A DNA stretch of 56,313 bases, from positions 1-56,313 of the forward strand of contig MQRK01191162.1 in NCBI GenBank assembly GCA_001938485.1. The letters are read 5' to 3'. Positions 1-11,959 of this stretch are shown in pieces (positions within the stretch are counted from its first letter, which is position 1; every line of letters begins with the position of its first letter). Below the pieces are notes generated by a model that worked only from the letters and a program-made list of their open reading frames with translations, did no database searches and was not told where the DNA came from. The DNA comes from Girardia tigrina (taxonomy: Eukaryota). Position numbers and translations under genes: made by a program.

Positions 1-41
<41 letters not shown>
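1..41. repeat. (AT)n microsatellite abutting the 3' end of a Penelope-like element
   Basis: Pure AT dinucleotide run; the same junction recurs at 21692-21737. Confidence 0.95.
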
Positions 42-44
<3 letters not shown>

Positions 45-613
45 TCTTGTGAACTCAAGTTTAATATTTCGAAAATATAATTTGATGAAGGCTTTTTTTA
101 TATAATTATTGGACATGTTTCGATGTTTACATACATCATCATCAGCAATTTTCAGATGTTTAGTATATGAATATTGAATTGTTTGAAAAATACAATTTTA
201 AAAGATAAATTTACTCTAAAAGGTAACGAAGAAATTAATTAATATTATTTATCAAAGTATTATTGGGTAATAATGGCAAAAAAATATTTTAATTAAAAAT
301 TTTAAGTATTGAAATAACCTTACTCTGCCCATTCGGAATGTTAATTGATGGGTTGTAGTGTCTTATTAGTAGAGATTCACAAAACTGTCGTTCGTAATGT
401 GAATCAAAACCCTTTTGTAGAACAGAAAACTCATCTTTTGAAATNNNNNNNNNNNNNNNNNNNNNNNNNNNNNNNNNNNNNNNNNNNNNNNNNNTTTGAA
501 ATGGATGAGGTTCTATCCTTACAACATAACCAATGATCAAGAACCTTACTCGATCGACTCATTTGCGAGTGCTCCCTAATCCGGGTTTTGAGATGACGAT
601 TTGTCTCTCCGAT
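42..613 (-). mobile_element. Penelope-like element, 3' part (C-terminal GIY-YIG endonuclease and 3' UTR/pLTR)
   Basis: Minus strand reads IGETNRHLKTRIREHSQMSRSSKVLDHWLCC...FSVLQKG...RQFCESLLIRHYNPSIN, the typical PLE GIY-YIG C-half (R and E catalytic motifs, P-x-I/L-N end). Confidence 0.9.
108..149 (-). ncRNA. Minimal type I hammerhead ribozyme in the Penelope 3' region
   Basis: Minus strand ATTG-CTGATGA-T-GATGT-ATGTAA-ACATC-GAAAC-AT-GTC-CAAT. Intact CUGAUGA/GAAA/GUC core, stem I ATTG/CAAT, stem II GATGT/ACATC and palindromic ACATGT in place of stem III, as known for PLE minimal hammerheads. Confidence 0.8.
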
Positions 614-3600
614 TTGGGCCTCCCATCTCTGTAATGGTATTGAGCCTAAGGCTCTTTAGAGGGTCCACCCAAACTAAAGTCCTTAAGAGCCCTCCGATAG
701 GCCTCCTACGGGGTCAGTGGCCTTCCGCCTCTGAGAAGTCGGCTTGCCAGTAACGAACGACCAACCATGGAACTTGGTACCATGGCCGTACATGCCGTTG
801 GCTGTTACGGTGNNNNNNNNNNNNNNNNNNNNNNNNNNNNNNNNNNNNNNNNNNNNNNNNNNNNNNNNNNNNNNNNNNNNNNNNNNNNNNNNNNNNNNNN
901 NNNNNNNNNNNNNNNNNNNNNNNNNNNNNNNNNNNNNNNNNNNNNNNNNNNNNNNNNNNNNNNNNNNNNNNNNNNNNNNNNNNNNNNNNNNNNNNNNNNN
1001 NNNNNNNNNNNNNNNNNNNNNNNNNNNNNNNNNNNNNNNNNTGAATATGAATCCTTAGGAAACCAGCGACCTTGTATTCCCTCGGACAGTGTTGACATTG
1101 ATATTTTCCTTTCTTCTGACGTGGCTGGGCTTTCTTCTCTCTTTGTTTTCGCGGAATTGGGCCTGCTCCATTGTGATCTCTTCTGTGATGCCTGTTCAAT
1201 TCCTTCACTTTTGAATAATGTCTATGACAGGCATCCATCGGGCAGCTGTGTTCTTTCAGACGAGGTAGCACCAGTCTTAGTGTTTGCTCGTCCCCGCTTC
1301 TTTGGATTCTCTTCAGTCGGAATACTTTCTCGATCTTTCCATCCATCTTCAGTAAGTTTTCCTGCAGAACGNNNNNNNNNNNNNNNNNNNNNNTGTACTC
1401 GGCTCCAAAGAGCCAGTGAGCATCCACTCTGAGATATTCTACCAGATGTTGCTTTCTCCGACCGCTGATCTTCTTTCCTCCGATGAGTTCGCATCCACTG
1501 ATCTGCTTGACGTTGTCCGGACATTCTCCTAAATTGACCTTGGTATTGTGTACGATTCTTCTCCGTGCGATGATATCCATTGGGCTTTGAAGTCCAATTG
1601 ATATCTCATCCATCCTGATCCTTTCGGCTTTCGAAATCCCCAAAGTTCGCCGAGTGCATAGATTGTGAAATGCTTTTAGCTTTTTCGCGTGTACTTCATT
1701 TGTCCTCCAATTTTCACAGCTGTAGTAAACCACCGAGAATACACAGCGGCTAATTATGTTCTTCTTATTCCAGAGAGACAATTTGTTGTTCTTCAACACT
1801 GGTCTGATCGTCCGTAATTTCGCTGCTCCTTTCTGAATTCTGGCTTTGATGTCCGTACCTGAGCTTCCTCCACTTTCAATTATCGAACCCAGGTAGCAGA
1901 ATTCGTCCACCCATTCTATTCCGGCATTCAGCTCATCTCTTGCCGCAATGTACTTCGCTCCATTGAGATTCAGGATCTTTGTTTTCCCAATGTTGATTTT
2001 CAGCCCCATATTCAAGAAAGCAGTGTTGAGACACTTGAGATTCCGTTCGATATTTCCATAGTCTTCGTCCAGTAATCACAGGTCGTCTGCATAAGCAAGT
2101 CTGTTCACGGTCAGCTCTTCCCCATTGTATTTTAGCTTCACACCACCTGATAGTCCTTCTTTGATCGAGGTCTTAATTACATGATCAAAGACAAGGTTGA
2201 ATAGTAGAGGACCCAATACGCAACCCTGACGGACTCCTTTGTCCATACTGAATTTATACTTTCCAATGCTTCCCGTGAAACCTTCATGAAATTTCATGAT
2301 GATACTTAGCATTCAATCCTGTATTCCAATTCCTTGAAGGCAATCCCAGAGAACTTTCCTGGTTCCGCTGTCAAATGCCTTTTCAAGGTCGATAAAAATA
2401 GCAAATACGTTTATGTTCCGGTATCTGGCCTCTTCTTGTATCTTTCGTAAGATACCAATCGCGTGCGCTGTGCTTCTGTTTGGTCTGAAACCAAATTATC
2501 AGTCGTCCAGTATCCTTTCAAGATGTGGCAGTAATCTATTTGCAATGATTCGGGCCATGATCTTTCCTCCTACATCAAGTAGGAATATACCTCTATAATT
2601 ATTCAATTCCTTCTTGGAACCCTTTCCTTTGTATAGGATCATGACTTTCGCCGTTTGCCAAGCCTCCGGGAATTCTGCTCTTTCCTCCCATATGTCCACG
2701 AAACATTGCTGTATCTTCTTAGTCAACTGGAGACCGCCCCATTTATATAGCTCTGGAATGNNNNNNNNNNNNNNNNNNNNNNNNNNNNNNNNNNNNNNNN
2801 NNNNNNNNNNNNNNNNNNNNNNNNNNNNNNNNNNNNNNNNNNNNNNNNNNNNNNNNNNNNNNNNNNNNNNNNNNNNNNNNNNNNNNNNNNNNNNNNNNNN
2901 NNNNNNNNNNNNNNNNNNNNNNNNNNNNNNNNNTCCTTCACACTGCTTTGTACAGTACAGAGAGAGGATTCCTTCGTTTCACTATTGCAGAGTACTCTGA
3001 GCTCCGTGTATAACTCAGAAGTCTTGCCCATACATTCTCTGTTGAGAATTCCTTCTATTTCTTGTCCAATTCCCTCAATCCTCTCTCTTTTCCATTTCCT
3101 GAGATGCCGCAAGATGTTCAGTCTTGCAGCCTTCCACGTCGAATATGTTCTTTCACATCTATTCTGAATGTATTCTTTCCTTCGCTTCCATTTCTCCTGC
3201 AGTAGGGGTTTCAGCTCTTCTAGGTGTCCGTTTAGCCACCTCTGATTGAGCGGGACTTTTTTCTTTCTGTATCTTTCTGACGTCTTCAAAATGACCTTCT
3301 CCACATCATCCCAGCTCACAACATTCGGACAATCCTGTCCTATGTCACTACTGATGACCACTTTGTTGTTCTGCAAGGAAAATCTGTCAATTTTTCCTTT
3401 TCTTTTCTTTCTTCTATCATTCGCCAACTTGAGTACCTCATTGTTGTTGATGATCCATATCGTTAACACGACTAAGTCTTGGTCAGAGCCGCAGTCAAAA
3501 TTCGGGTAGCTTTTGACATTGCTTATCCTGTTGCATCTGCTTTTTTGCGACAGGAATAAGTCGAGTAGTAGTCTTTTTCTCGTTGCCGGGTGTGTCCAGC

Positions 3601-4444
3601 TAGTTCTCTGCGCCAACTTATGTTTGTAGAAGGTGTTCTCTACTCGTAAGTTGCACGCGTCAGAAAGATCTATCAAAAGATCTCTGTTTTCTGATGTTAC
3701 TGTTGAACTAGTGTAACACCCGACAGTCTTTCCGATTTCCTCCATCCGATTAAGTCGACAGTTGAAGTCGCCTCAAACTATCAGTTCGTGTTTCCTCTTT
3801 TCAGCCTCAGTCGTCGCCCTTTCGACATGTTCTTGCAGTAATGCGAAGAACTCTTCTTTTTCCTCACTTGAGTGTCCGCTGTCAGTCGGAACGTATACCC
3901 CCACCACTGTGATCGACCTTTGGGGTATATGACAGAGGAACATTCTCTCACTGATCGCTTCGAATTCGATGTTCATTGAATCCCCAGATTTTACCATCAT
4001 GGCTACGCCTTTTTCCCTTATGCTACTCGTGCTGCCACTATGATGGATCCTCCAATCCCCGAAAGAGGCAATGTCGGTTNCGATCCAGTGCGTCTCTGTG
4101 AGTATACACATATCAATTTTCAGTTTTTCGAAGATACTGACGATGTTTAGTATCTTTTCATCGGTTAAGCCTCGAACATTCCAAGTTCCAACCCTCAGTC
4201 CACTGCACGTGGAATCCTTAACGAGGGATCCCCCTCTCGGGAGCTTAATGACTTCGGGTCCTTCCAGACCCCTTGTTTGAGTTTTAAAAGCTATGTCTTA
4301 GCGAAGGATAGGGTTGCTAGCCCCGTGGATCCGTCCACTCATTTAGCCTAGGTCATGGGGCCCCCTTTCTATTTCTAGAAAGGGAGGAGACCCTCTTTCT
4401 AGTTCCCAGGATACACCACGGGGAGGCGAGCGACATTGTATCCC
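614..4444 (-). mobile_element. Full-length RTE-like non-LTR retrotransposon (APE + RT + C-terminal C2H2 fingers), decayed
   Basis: APE (LRVGTWNVRG, CILTETHW, VYVPT, GSDQDLV), RT (YRGIFLL, KGVRQGCVLGPLLFNL, LAYADDL, KINIGKTK, FCYLGSII) and C2H2 fingers. Flanked by the 9-bp direct repeat CTCTCCGAT at 605-613 and 4445-4453. Several stops and frameshifts. Confidence 0.9.
4335..4444 (-). ncRNA. HDV-like self-cleaving ribozyme forming the 5' end of the LINE
   Basis: Minus strand: P1 GGGATAC/GTATCCT (G1-U wobble), P2 TCGCTC/GAGTGG, P3 GCC/GGT, L3 TCCCCGT, GG for P1.1, long P4 with CCCTTTCTA-GAAA-TAGAAAGGG, J4/2 GCTAAAT. G1 is the first base inside the TSD. Confidence 0.88.
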
Positions 4445-4905
4445 CTCTCCGATGTACGAGTTTTGACACCCGTGACAATTAAATTTATATACCAGATTAG
4501 CTTGCAAATCACAANCTCTCCGATGTACGAGTTTTGACACCCGTGACAATTAAATTTATATACCAGATTAGCTTGCAAATCACAAACTGTTTTCGATTTG
4601 TTTGAGAGGAAACTTTGAACTTTGGATGTGACAGAGACTACTTTGGTACTACTTATTGTTCTACAAATACTCTTCTTAAACGCTCTAAATCCTTTAGAAT
4701 ATGGAATTTTAATGATTTGTTTGTATTCTTCAGTATTTTCTTCTTTTAATTGTTTTTTAACTCGTGCATCTGTACATAATTCGTCTAGTGTTACCCTAAT
4801 ATTGTGTTCTATTTGCTTGTTTGTATACATATTGTCCCTCAAGCGCCTTCTAAGAATATTTAAACCCTGATTTGCAATTTCAAAACTGAGCAACAAATTA
4901 TTTTT
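4445..4905 (-). mobile_element. Penelope-like element, upstream part (RT thumb/linker and N-half of GIY-YIG), 5'-truncated
   Basis: ORF 4399-4896: ...IKIPYSKG...NLVYKFNCHGCQNSYIGE. Joins in frame to TNRHLKTRIREH at 604 once the LINE and one TSD copy are removed. Confidence 0.88.
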
Positions 4906-5671
4906 TACCGAAGAGCTTCTCGAATCTCTTCACAAGCGCATTTTAAAACAGCGGTACAATGAAGCATCAGTTGTGCTTCAATATTTGTACAACCCGCAAG
5001 CACAGTTATTAAAAAAGGATATGGTTAAAAGATTTTTGCATAAAACTAATGATGCATCTTAAACCATTGAAACAAGAAGAAAATGGTGAAATAAATGGAA
5101 GTGAATACTGACATTTCTCAGAGTTTAAAAGAACGAAATGAGTCATCACCATAGAATGACCATCTTACAACTGAGTACATACTCCAATAAGTTATTGCGT
5201 CTGTCTTATCAAACTGAATTACAATACCTAAAACAAATCCGGCAACCTATTCAAGTTTGATTAATTATGAGATTAATATTGCAGTCCAGTCAGGCAAACG
5301 AGGGCCCCATTTAGAGAGTGTATATCAATATTTACTGACAATTTCTCCTACGTCTGTGGAATCGGAATGAGTCTTCTTTCCGGTGTATACCCATACAATA
5401 AGATCCACTCCAATTTGAATGATAACACTCTTGAAAAATTATCTTTTTCTTCGCTTAAATCTTTCGCGATTATTCCTGTGTCACAAATAGATGTTATTTA
5501 TTCGATTTATTATTTAATTATAAATTTATTATTTTTCGCTTGAATATTTTTATATTATTTGTTTGTTTTTTATTGTAAAAATAAAATTATCAGAATGATA
5601 TCTGATCCCAGGATTGTAATGTAATCCCGAAATCCCGGGATTGTAAATATGCTCCGGGATTGTAATCCCTA
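4906..5671 (+). mobile_element. hAT transposon remnant (transposase C-terminus and right end)
   Basis: GKRGPHLESVYQYLLTISPTSVESE*VF...LNDNTLEKL resembles the hAT dimerisation motif (PTSVxxERxFS). Subterminal (C)GGGATTG repeats end in ...TGTAATCCCTA. Confidence 0.7.
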
Positions 5672-7720
5672 ATTGTAACTTAATACCAAATTCTATCGTC
5701 TTCACGTATTTTACAATAAATTTCTATTTTTAGCTTTTATAATTTAATATTAATTTTAAATGTTTTTTATCTTTAATTCAAAAATTTAAGTTTCCCAAAA
5801 TCCTCAGACACTAATGTACAAAATTCTTGTCATTTATTTGTTCCGGAATGCGTTCCGAATCCTACTTTTTAAAAATAATAGCAATAAAGATTTCTTACAT
5901 ACTGCTATTTTCATAATATTTTCATAAATATTCATCTTCCTACATATTCATCTTCTCCAAATTTTGCACATTTACTCATTTTCGATGACAATAAATGATA
6001 ATGTGAAAATTTGATCAAAAAAGTTAATTGAGGTAACTAAATTTCAATTTTTAATTCTCCATACATTTTACAATGGACGAGAGGTGTATTTGTTAGTATT
6101 TTCACGAATTTTGTAGGCCAAGTAGAGTTCTGTTAGCATAAAGCAGGTATAAAAACATTTTTTTGATTTACTAGTTTCTGACTCAGTGTTATAAAACCAC
6201 ATTAAATAATATTTTAAATCTTATTTTGAAAACACGTACATTCTCATCATTTCAGTGAGTATCACACATAAAATTTCACTCACTGGTGATCAATTAATTC
6301 ATTTCTATAATTCTACCATTCTCTACAGTCTCTTAAGCAAGACTTCTACTAATCATATTCAGATATTTTAACCTCACTATGAACTATATTTATCACTATA
6401 TATAGTGATCACTATTTATCACTATATATATATATATATATCACTAGAACTATCACTATATTTATTCAAAAGATCCAAAAATTTTATTTTTGTTTTTGAA
6501 AATGGTCATTGGATTTTCTATCAGTTATTAAATTAATACTTTTTTAAACTGTCAGAAAGTAACGAGAATTATGATCTATGAAAGAATGCATATATAATAA
6601 TATTTACTAAGTTACTACGGCGTTATCATATAAGGATGGAGCTATTACAGGGTTTCCTATAAATATATATTATGATCCTAAAAATTAATATTTTCTTACC
6701 AACTATAAATATAGTTGTAGTGATCCGATTATCGACAAAAATACTTTTGTTTGTTTGTATTAAATTATGAAAAACTGGAAAAAAATCAAATAAAAAGAAT
6801 GTCGCGCAAATAAAGGGAAATAAAGAAATTATTGTCGTTCTTTCCTTCATTATTTCTCATCTAATCACGTCATGAAAATGTGGAGTCCACCAATTCACGT
6901 TATGAAATGGTGGACCGCACCGATTCGGCCGAAATAGACGTCGCCACATCTCAAACCGCGATGCACTAGGAGCACAATGTATCCCACTGACGGGGCGAGC
7001 CGGTATCGTGTGTAGGGATCGAACGCACCGCCTACCCTTCCCAGTGAAACCGGCGGTCACTGGGCCAGTAACACGGTACGGGAAGCTGCGGCTGAATGAA
7101 TTGGGGTTCATTACTCAGCAATGCACCTGCTGGGGGTCACTCGGTCCGACCGGTTACCGGTGTCCACCGAACTGGCCGATCAATTCCTCCATCCGGTATC
7201 TTTCCGCACAATTAAGAGGTGATGGCCGCCGCCACTCGGTCCGGCAGGCGGCATATCGATAGTGTCCCAAATTAAATAACCCGTATAGTTTTTGTGAGCG
7301 CCGATCCCGGCCAGTTCATCATCGTCCGACATCAATAAAATAGCTTCACTTAAAAAAAGAATAATTCGATGATAACGGTTCCAAACTTTATTTTAAAAAA
7401 ATCACTCCACAATATTCGAAAATTTAAACAAAAATATTTTTTTGTTGTTCATATATTTTTTAGAACCCGTTGATTAATTTTCTTAATTTTCGACATAACG
7501 ATTTTAGTATATAAATATTATTATGTTGTAAATATTGATATTGATTTTATGTGTTATTTATTTACGGATTATTTTACTTCAAGACATTTTTTATTATTAA
7601 AAAATGAAGATTTTAAAATAATTCTATTTTAAATAATTCACAGTCTTCCTCTCAGAATATGGTTTGTTTATAAGGACCAGTTTTATCATACAAATTCAAC
7701 AAGTTATTTTCCTTCATGAT

Positions 7721-8080
7721 TGTTAGGAATTAAAAATGTTAGGAAATTTTTTGAAAGAAAGTTATATTAAATATGTATAAATTAAAATTTTTATATAATT
7801 AAATATGTAACATTCGAAAAAAGAAAGTTATATTAAATATGTACAAATTAAAATTTTATATAATTAAATACGTAACATTCGAAAAAATAAAATTACTAAA
7901 ATTAAGATCAATTAAATTGCTAATAAAATTTTTTGAGAGTTTTAATATAATATAAAAAGTAAAAAAAAAGTGTATAATTTTTATGTGAAACGATTTTAAA
8001 AAAGTAATAAAATGAAACGATTAAATATTTTAAAGTGTTATCGTAATTTAAAAGTGATTATAGAAGTAATAAAAAAAAGC
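7721..8080 (+). repeat. AT-rich interspersed repeat beginning TGTTAGGAAT (probable LTR fragment); inverted copy at 40381-40667
   Basis: Reverse complement of 40381-40667 matches closely. This copy has an internal ~65-bp tandem duplication. Confidence 0.7.
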
Positions 8081-8717
8081 AAATATGAATATTTATATGT
8101 ATTTTTATCTATATCGGTTTAAGATTTATAAAACAAATAGTTTCTCAAAAAAATTAAATTTGTTTAAATATTAGATTTAAACATTTTTTGTGGTATAATA
8201 AAAGTTTTAATGTCTGATACTAATAATTCTGACGATTTTCCAAGAACCACTAATAATGATTATCAAGAACATTAATTGAGTTTTCACTACATTAATTTGA
8301 ATCACAATTTGAATTGCCACTAGAACAATTCTTCGTAAAACTTGCGTAACTTGTCATCGTTCTTGATTGATAATTTTTTAATAATATTCTTTAACGTCTT
8401 ATTATTCAAACAAATTTAAATTACAATTTATTTATTGCAAAAATAATTTATACTTTAAATTAAAAACAAACTTTATTTATTTTAAGAAAATTATTATTAA
8501 AATATTATTTATGAAATATTAATTTAATTTTAAATTGATTGTTTAAATTTTAATAATTGATTAAATAATCCGACGTTTTAAAATATCAATCTTCCATCTG
8601 GATGGGAGAACATCATCCTAAAACAACATAAAAAACAACATACAATACACATCATTCAAAAATATTCCTCACAATGATTATATAGAAATTAATCTTATGA
8701 TTTTCATTAATCAGATA

Positions 8718-11700
8718 TGTTACGGTCCAATACCAATTTAAAACATAACCATAAAACAATTAACAAGAAGAATTAAACAAGACTTTAAAAGATAATACAT
8801 ATATTGAAAATGCATCACAAATGTAGGAGCCCATACAAGGAATTGAGAATTTCGAGGAGGGTTGTGGGCCCTGAAAAAAGAAAGAATCAATTAGAAGTAA
8901 GCCCGGAATCAATAAAGTTACCTGTAGGACTACCCTTTATAGTTACGTGGCCAACCGACCCCCATGCGTAGCCCCGTAGATAATAAATCCAGGAGTGGAG
9001 CTTGAGAGACCGCGAAATGTTCCGAAGAAAAGATATACTCCTGTAAAGAATCAGAAATTAATTAACCAAAACAAAGACTAATTAAAAACTTACCATGAAT
9101 CACCCGAAAAGTCCAAAATTAGAAGTCGGCTGACAATTTTTCTGAGTCATTGATGACTCGGCCGCATGCAAACTCCGAAAATATTCAGAGTGTGCCACGA
9201 CACACAGGCAAGGTTCCTATAATATAAGAAAAATTTTTAAAATTTAAAAATTTTTACGAAGACACACCTACCCGAATCGACCAATCCGCGTGAAGGAAAA
9301 GTTCAGACACTTGCCTGGCAGAAATCAATTGGCCCGCGAGGATTAGTAGGGTGTCTCACAAACCCTATAAATACGTTAATCACTTTATCATTATGACACA
9401 ATATTAAAACGCACCTTGCAATAGCAACAATTTTAAAAACAATTTTTGCGAATACCAAATCTCTTACGACATTTTGAACGAGTTTCAATCCGACGCCGTA
9501 ATTACCGAAGAATCTCAAGCGACGTACTAGCAGTCCGACGAATTAGGAGCGCAAATGAGCTTGTCCAACTTATCGACGAGAAATTCACAGGCGTTTCGAC
9601 CCGAACGACGCGCCGACGAGCGAAGCACTATACACAACTTACCAAGAGCGACTTACAGAACGGACCTCCGGACGCCTGCATCATCATTGTAAATTTAATT
9701 TTTATATTTTATCTCAGTCTAATTATGTTATCAATAGTTCAATTATTTATCAATGATTAAAATAAATGTATTCGAATTTATATTTTGTTAATTAGTTTAC
9801 AGAGTTTTAGTAACATTTCAGTCTAAGTCGTAAAATTTTCCACTAACAGTCGTCGCCGCCGATCACTGTCCTCAATATGACCTCCAGGGTAGTAGAACAA
9901 CTCGTTGAATATTTTGAGAGCGTTCTAGAAATCTTCCACGAGCCCGAAGTAGATAACAATGCTCTCCGGGACGAACCTAAGTTAGTTATTATCGACGGGA
10001 GGTCGATATCGTGGAGCGAGATTCTCGAGACACGCGAGTATGACGGCCCGATCCCGCAGAGCGAAAGTTGGTAATCGCGGTTGTAATCGAGCGGATAAAA
10101 AAAAATATATTTTTTTGTAAATAAGAGTTTATTTTCATTTTAGTTCTTTAGAATTTGTCTGATGTATAACTTATCTTAGTTTTAGCCTTGTTTATAGTTC
10201 GACAGATTAAGATTTATTTAATGATAACTTAATTTTAGTGGATTTAATTATTTTGTGATCGATAAATGAGTACTTAAGGTGATTGAGAAACATCTCAGTA
10301 GTCGTATGGCATAAAATTAACCGTTTGAAGGGTAGGGATACATGGACTTATGTTAAGATGGTAATCTTTTAGAGGCGTCTACATGTATTTTCGCTGCTAT
10401 AAGTTCGTAAAAAGAAAATACGTTTAACAGTTCTGTCTCGAATTTATGAAAAATTTTGTTGAGGAAAATCCCGTGGAACCAAGTTCTGAATTTATCATAA
10501 TCGTTCATAGTTTTACGCTCCTGAGTTAGCTAGTAACCGTTATGATCTATTTTGACCTCATGCCCGCCGATGTTAAATAACTAATTGTTTACGACTGACT
10601 AACAAATTTCGTATCACCTTGGTCACTATTGAATTTAATCGATGTAAATATTTTGATCGATCGGATAGAGTTAAAATTCACGAAAACATTATAGATAAAA
10701 AACGGGTTCAGTAAAGAAAATAATTAAGGCTAATTAATCGAGTTAGTTGTCGGCATTCTCTCGATTTAATAACGCGATTTGAATTTCGATTCCGTGCTGC
10801 AAATCAAAGGTCTAATTCCGAAAATTCAAACAAACGTTTTTTTTGTTTATTTATTCGTTTATAATTATTGATTTACTTTTAACTTATTTTTATACGTTTA
10901 TTATTTATGACCGAATTTAACTGATTCTACTGAAAAATTCCGAATTTGATTTTTATAAACATAGTTTTATTTTAAAAGAAATCGTTTTATTCTTAAATCA
11001 CCAATTTACTAAGCGGGAATTGATTTGGAGAAATCAAGGTTTAAGAGAAATTTATTGATATGAAATAAGTAAATGTAATAGTAAAAAATCTAATAGTTTA
11101 TGATTTAAATTAGATTGTCATTTAATGATTTAATGATATTTAGAATTTAATAACAATAATAAGAACCTAATTTAATAACAATATTCGAATTTAATGCTAT
11201 ATAGAATTTAACTTAAGTTTTATAGGCATGTTAGCGAATAGTTTATTTTGCAATTAGAATTTGGAGATTTAAAACAACCTATTTTACCGGTAGTAATTTT
11301 ATAGATTAAGCGATCAATTGAAAAGGAATATTCCCAACAAATGAACCTGAATGTTTCATTATTTGTTTGGACTTCGATATGGAAGCGAACCAGTTGAAGT
11401 AAAATTTATAAGGTAAATTTTTAAAGGAATGATTTACGACCGAATTATAGATAGTCCGTCGAGACATTAATAAATTGGATTGAGTTGACACTGATCGAAA
11501 TAAATCTTAGGAGTATAACGAACATCTACACGAATAGACTAGTACCAAATCGGATCGATATGAGTAGGGCTATAATACGTGTAAAATGGGAATATCAGAA
11601 GTTATTATAGATTGTCGTTTCTTTAGTGTTGCGATAGTATTCGACATGTAAACAAAAATTTTTCGTGATACAATAAAGTTAATAAGTATAGTTTAAAATC

Positions 11701-11939
11701 ATCCCCGAGCGACGCTCAGCTAGGTGGGGGGCCCATAGCCCATCCCGTCTTAATCGGAACCCGAAGGTCCTTCAAACTCGGCACTACCAGGCAGATGTCG
11801 AGCGAGAAGAGACGTCCGACCCGACATATAGGTAGAAATAAGTAAACCGTATAATCGATGTTGGGTTGTGGCTGACCCTTAATAGCCACTGTGGGCTCAA
11901 GAGCTTTCAAAAATGTTTGTGCTCAAATGGGTCGTGACA
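8718..11939 (+). mobile_element. Putative very long (~3.2 kb) 5' LTR
   Basis: Begins TGTTACGGTCC and ends GGGTCGTGACA (imperfect inverted ends). Internal TATA-like CTATAAATA at ~9365; followed by a PBS. The left boundary is inferred. Confidence 0.55.
9877..10074 (+). CDS. Small acidic ORF of unknown function inside the putative LTR
   Basis: 65-aa ATG ORF in a GC-richer patch, 28 nt after a branch/acceptor-like CACTAACAG (9841-9849). Confidence 0.35.
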   Translation: MTSRVVEQLVEYFESVLEIFHEPEVDNNALRDEPKLVIIDGRSISWSEILETREYDGPIPQSESW

Positions 11940-11942
11940 TTT

Positions 11943-11959
11943 TGGGGGCTCAGGCGGGA
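11943..11959 (+). promoter_or_regulatory. Primer-binding site, tRNA-Pro type
   Basis: TGGGGGCTCAGGCGGGA 3 nt after ...GTGACA; 14/17 match to the canonical Pro PBS TGGGGGCTCGTCCGGGA. Confidence 0.8.

Noticed and set aside
4445-4583. Exact ~70-bp tandem duplication of the GIY-YIG N-half
   Set aside because: The two units are separated by a single N, typical of a contig-overlap artefact.
11716-11830. Possible twister, group I or lariat-capping ribozyme in the structured LTR end (GGGCCCATAGCCC, AAGAGACGTCCG)
   Set aside because: Only fragmentary motif resemblance; I could not build the required pairings, so it is reported only as an unassigned structure.
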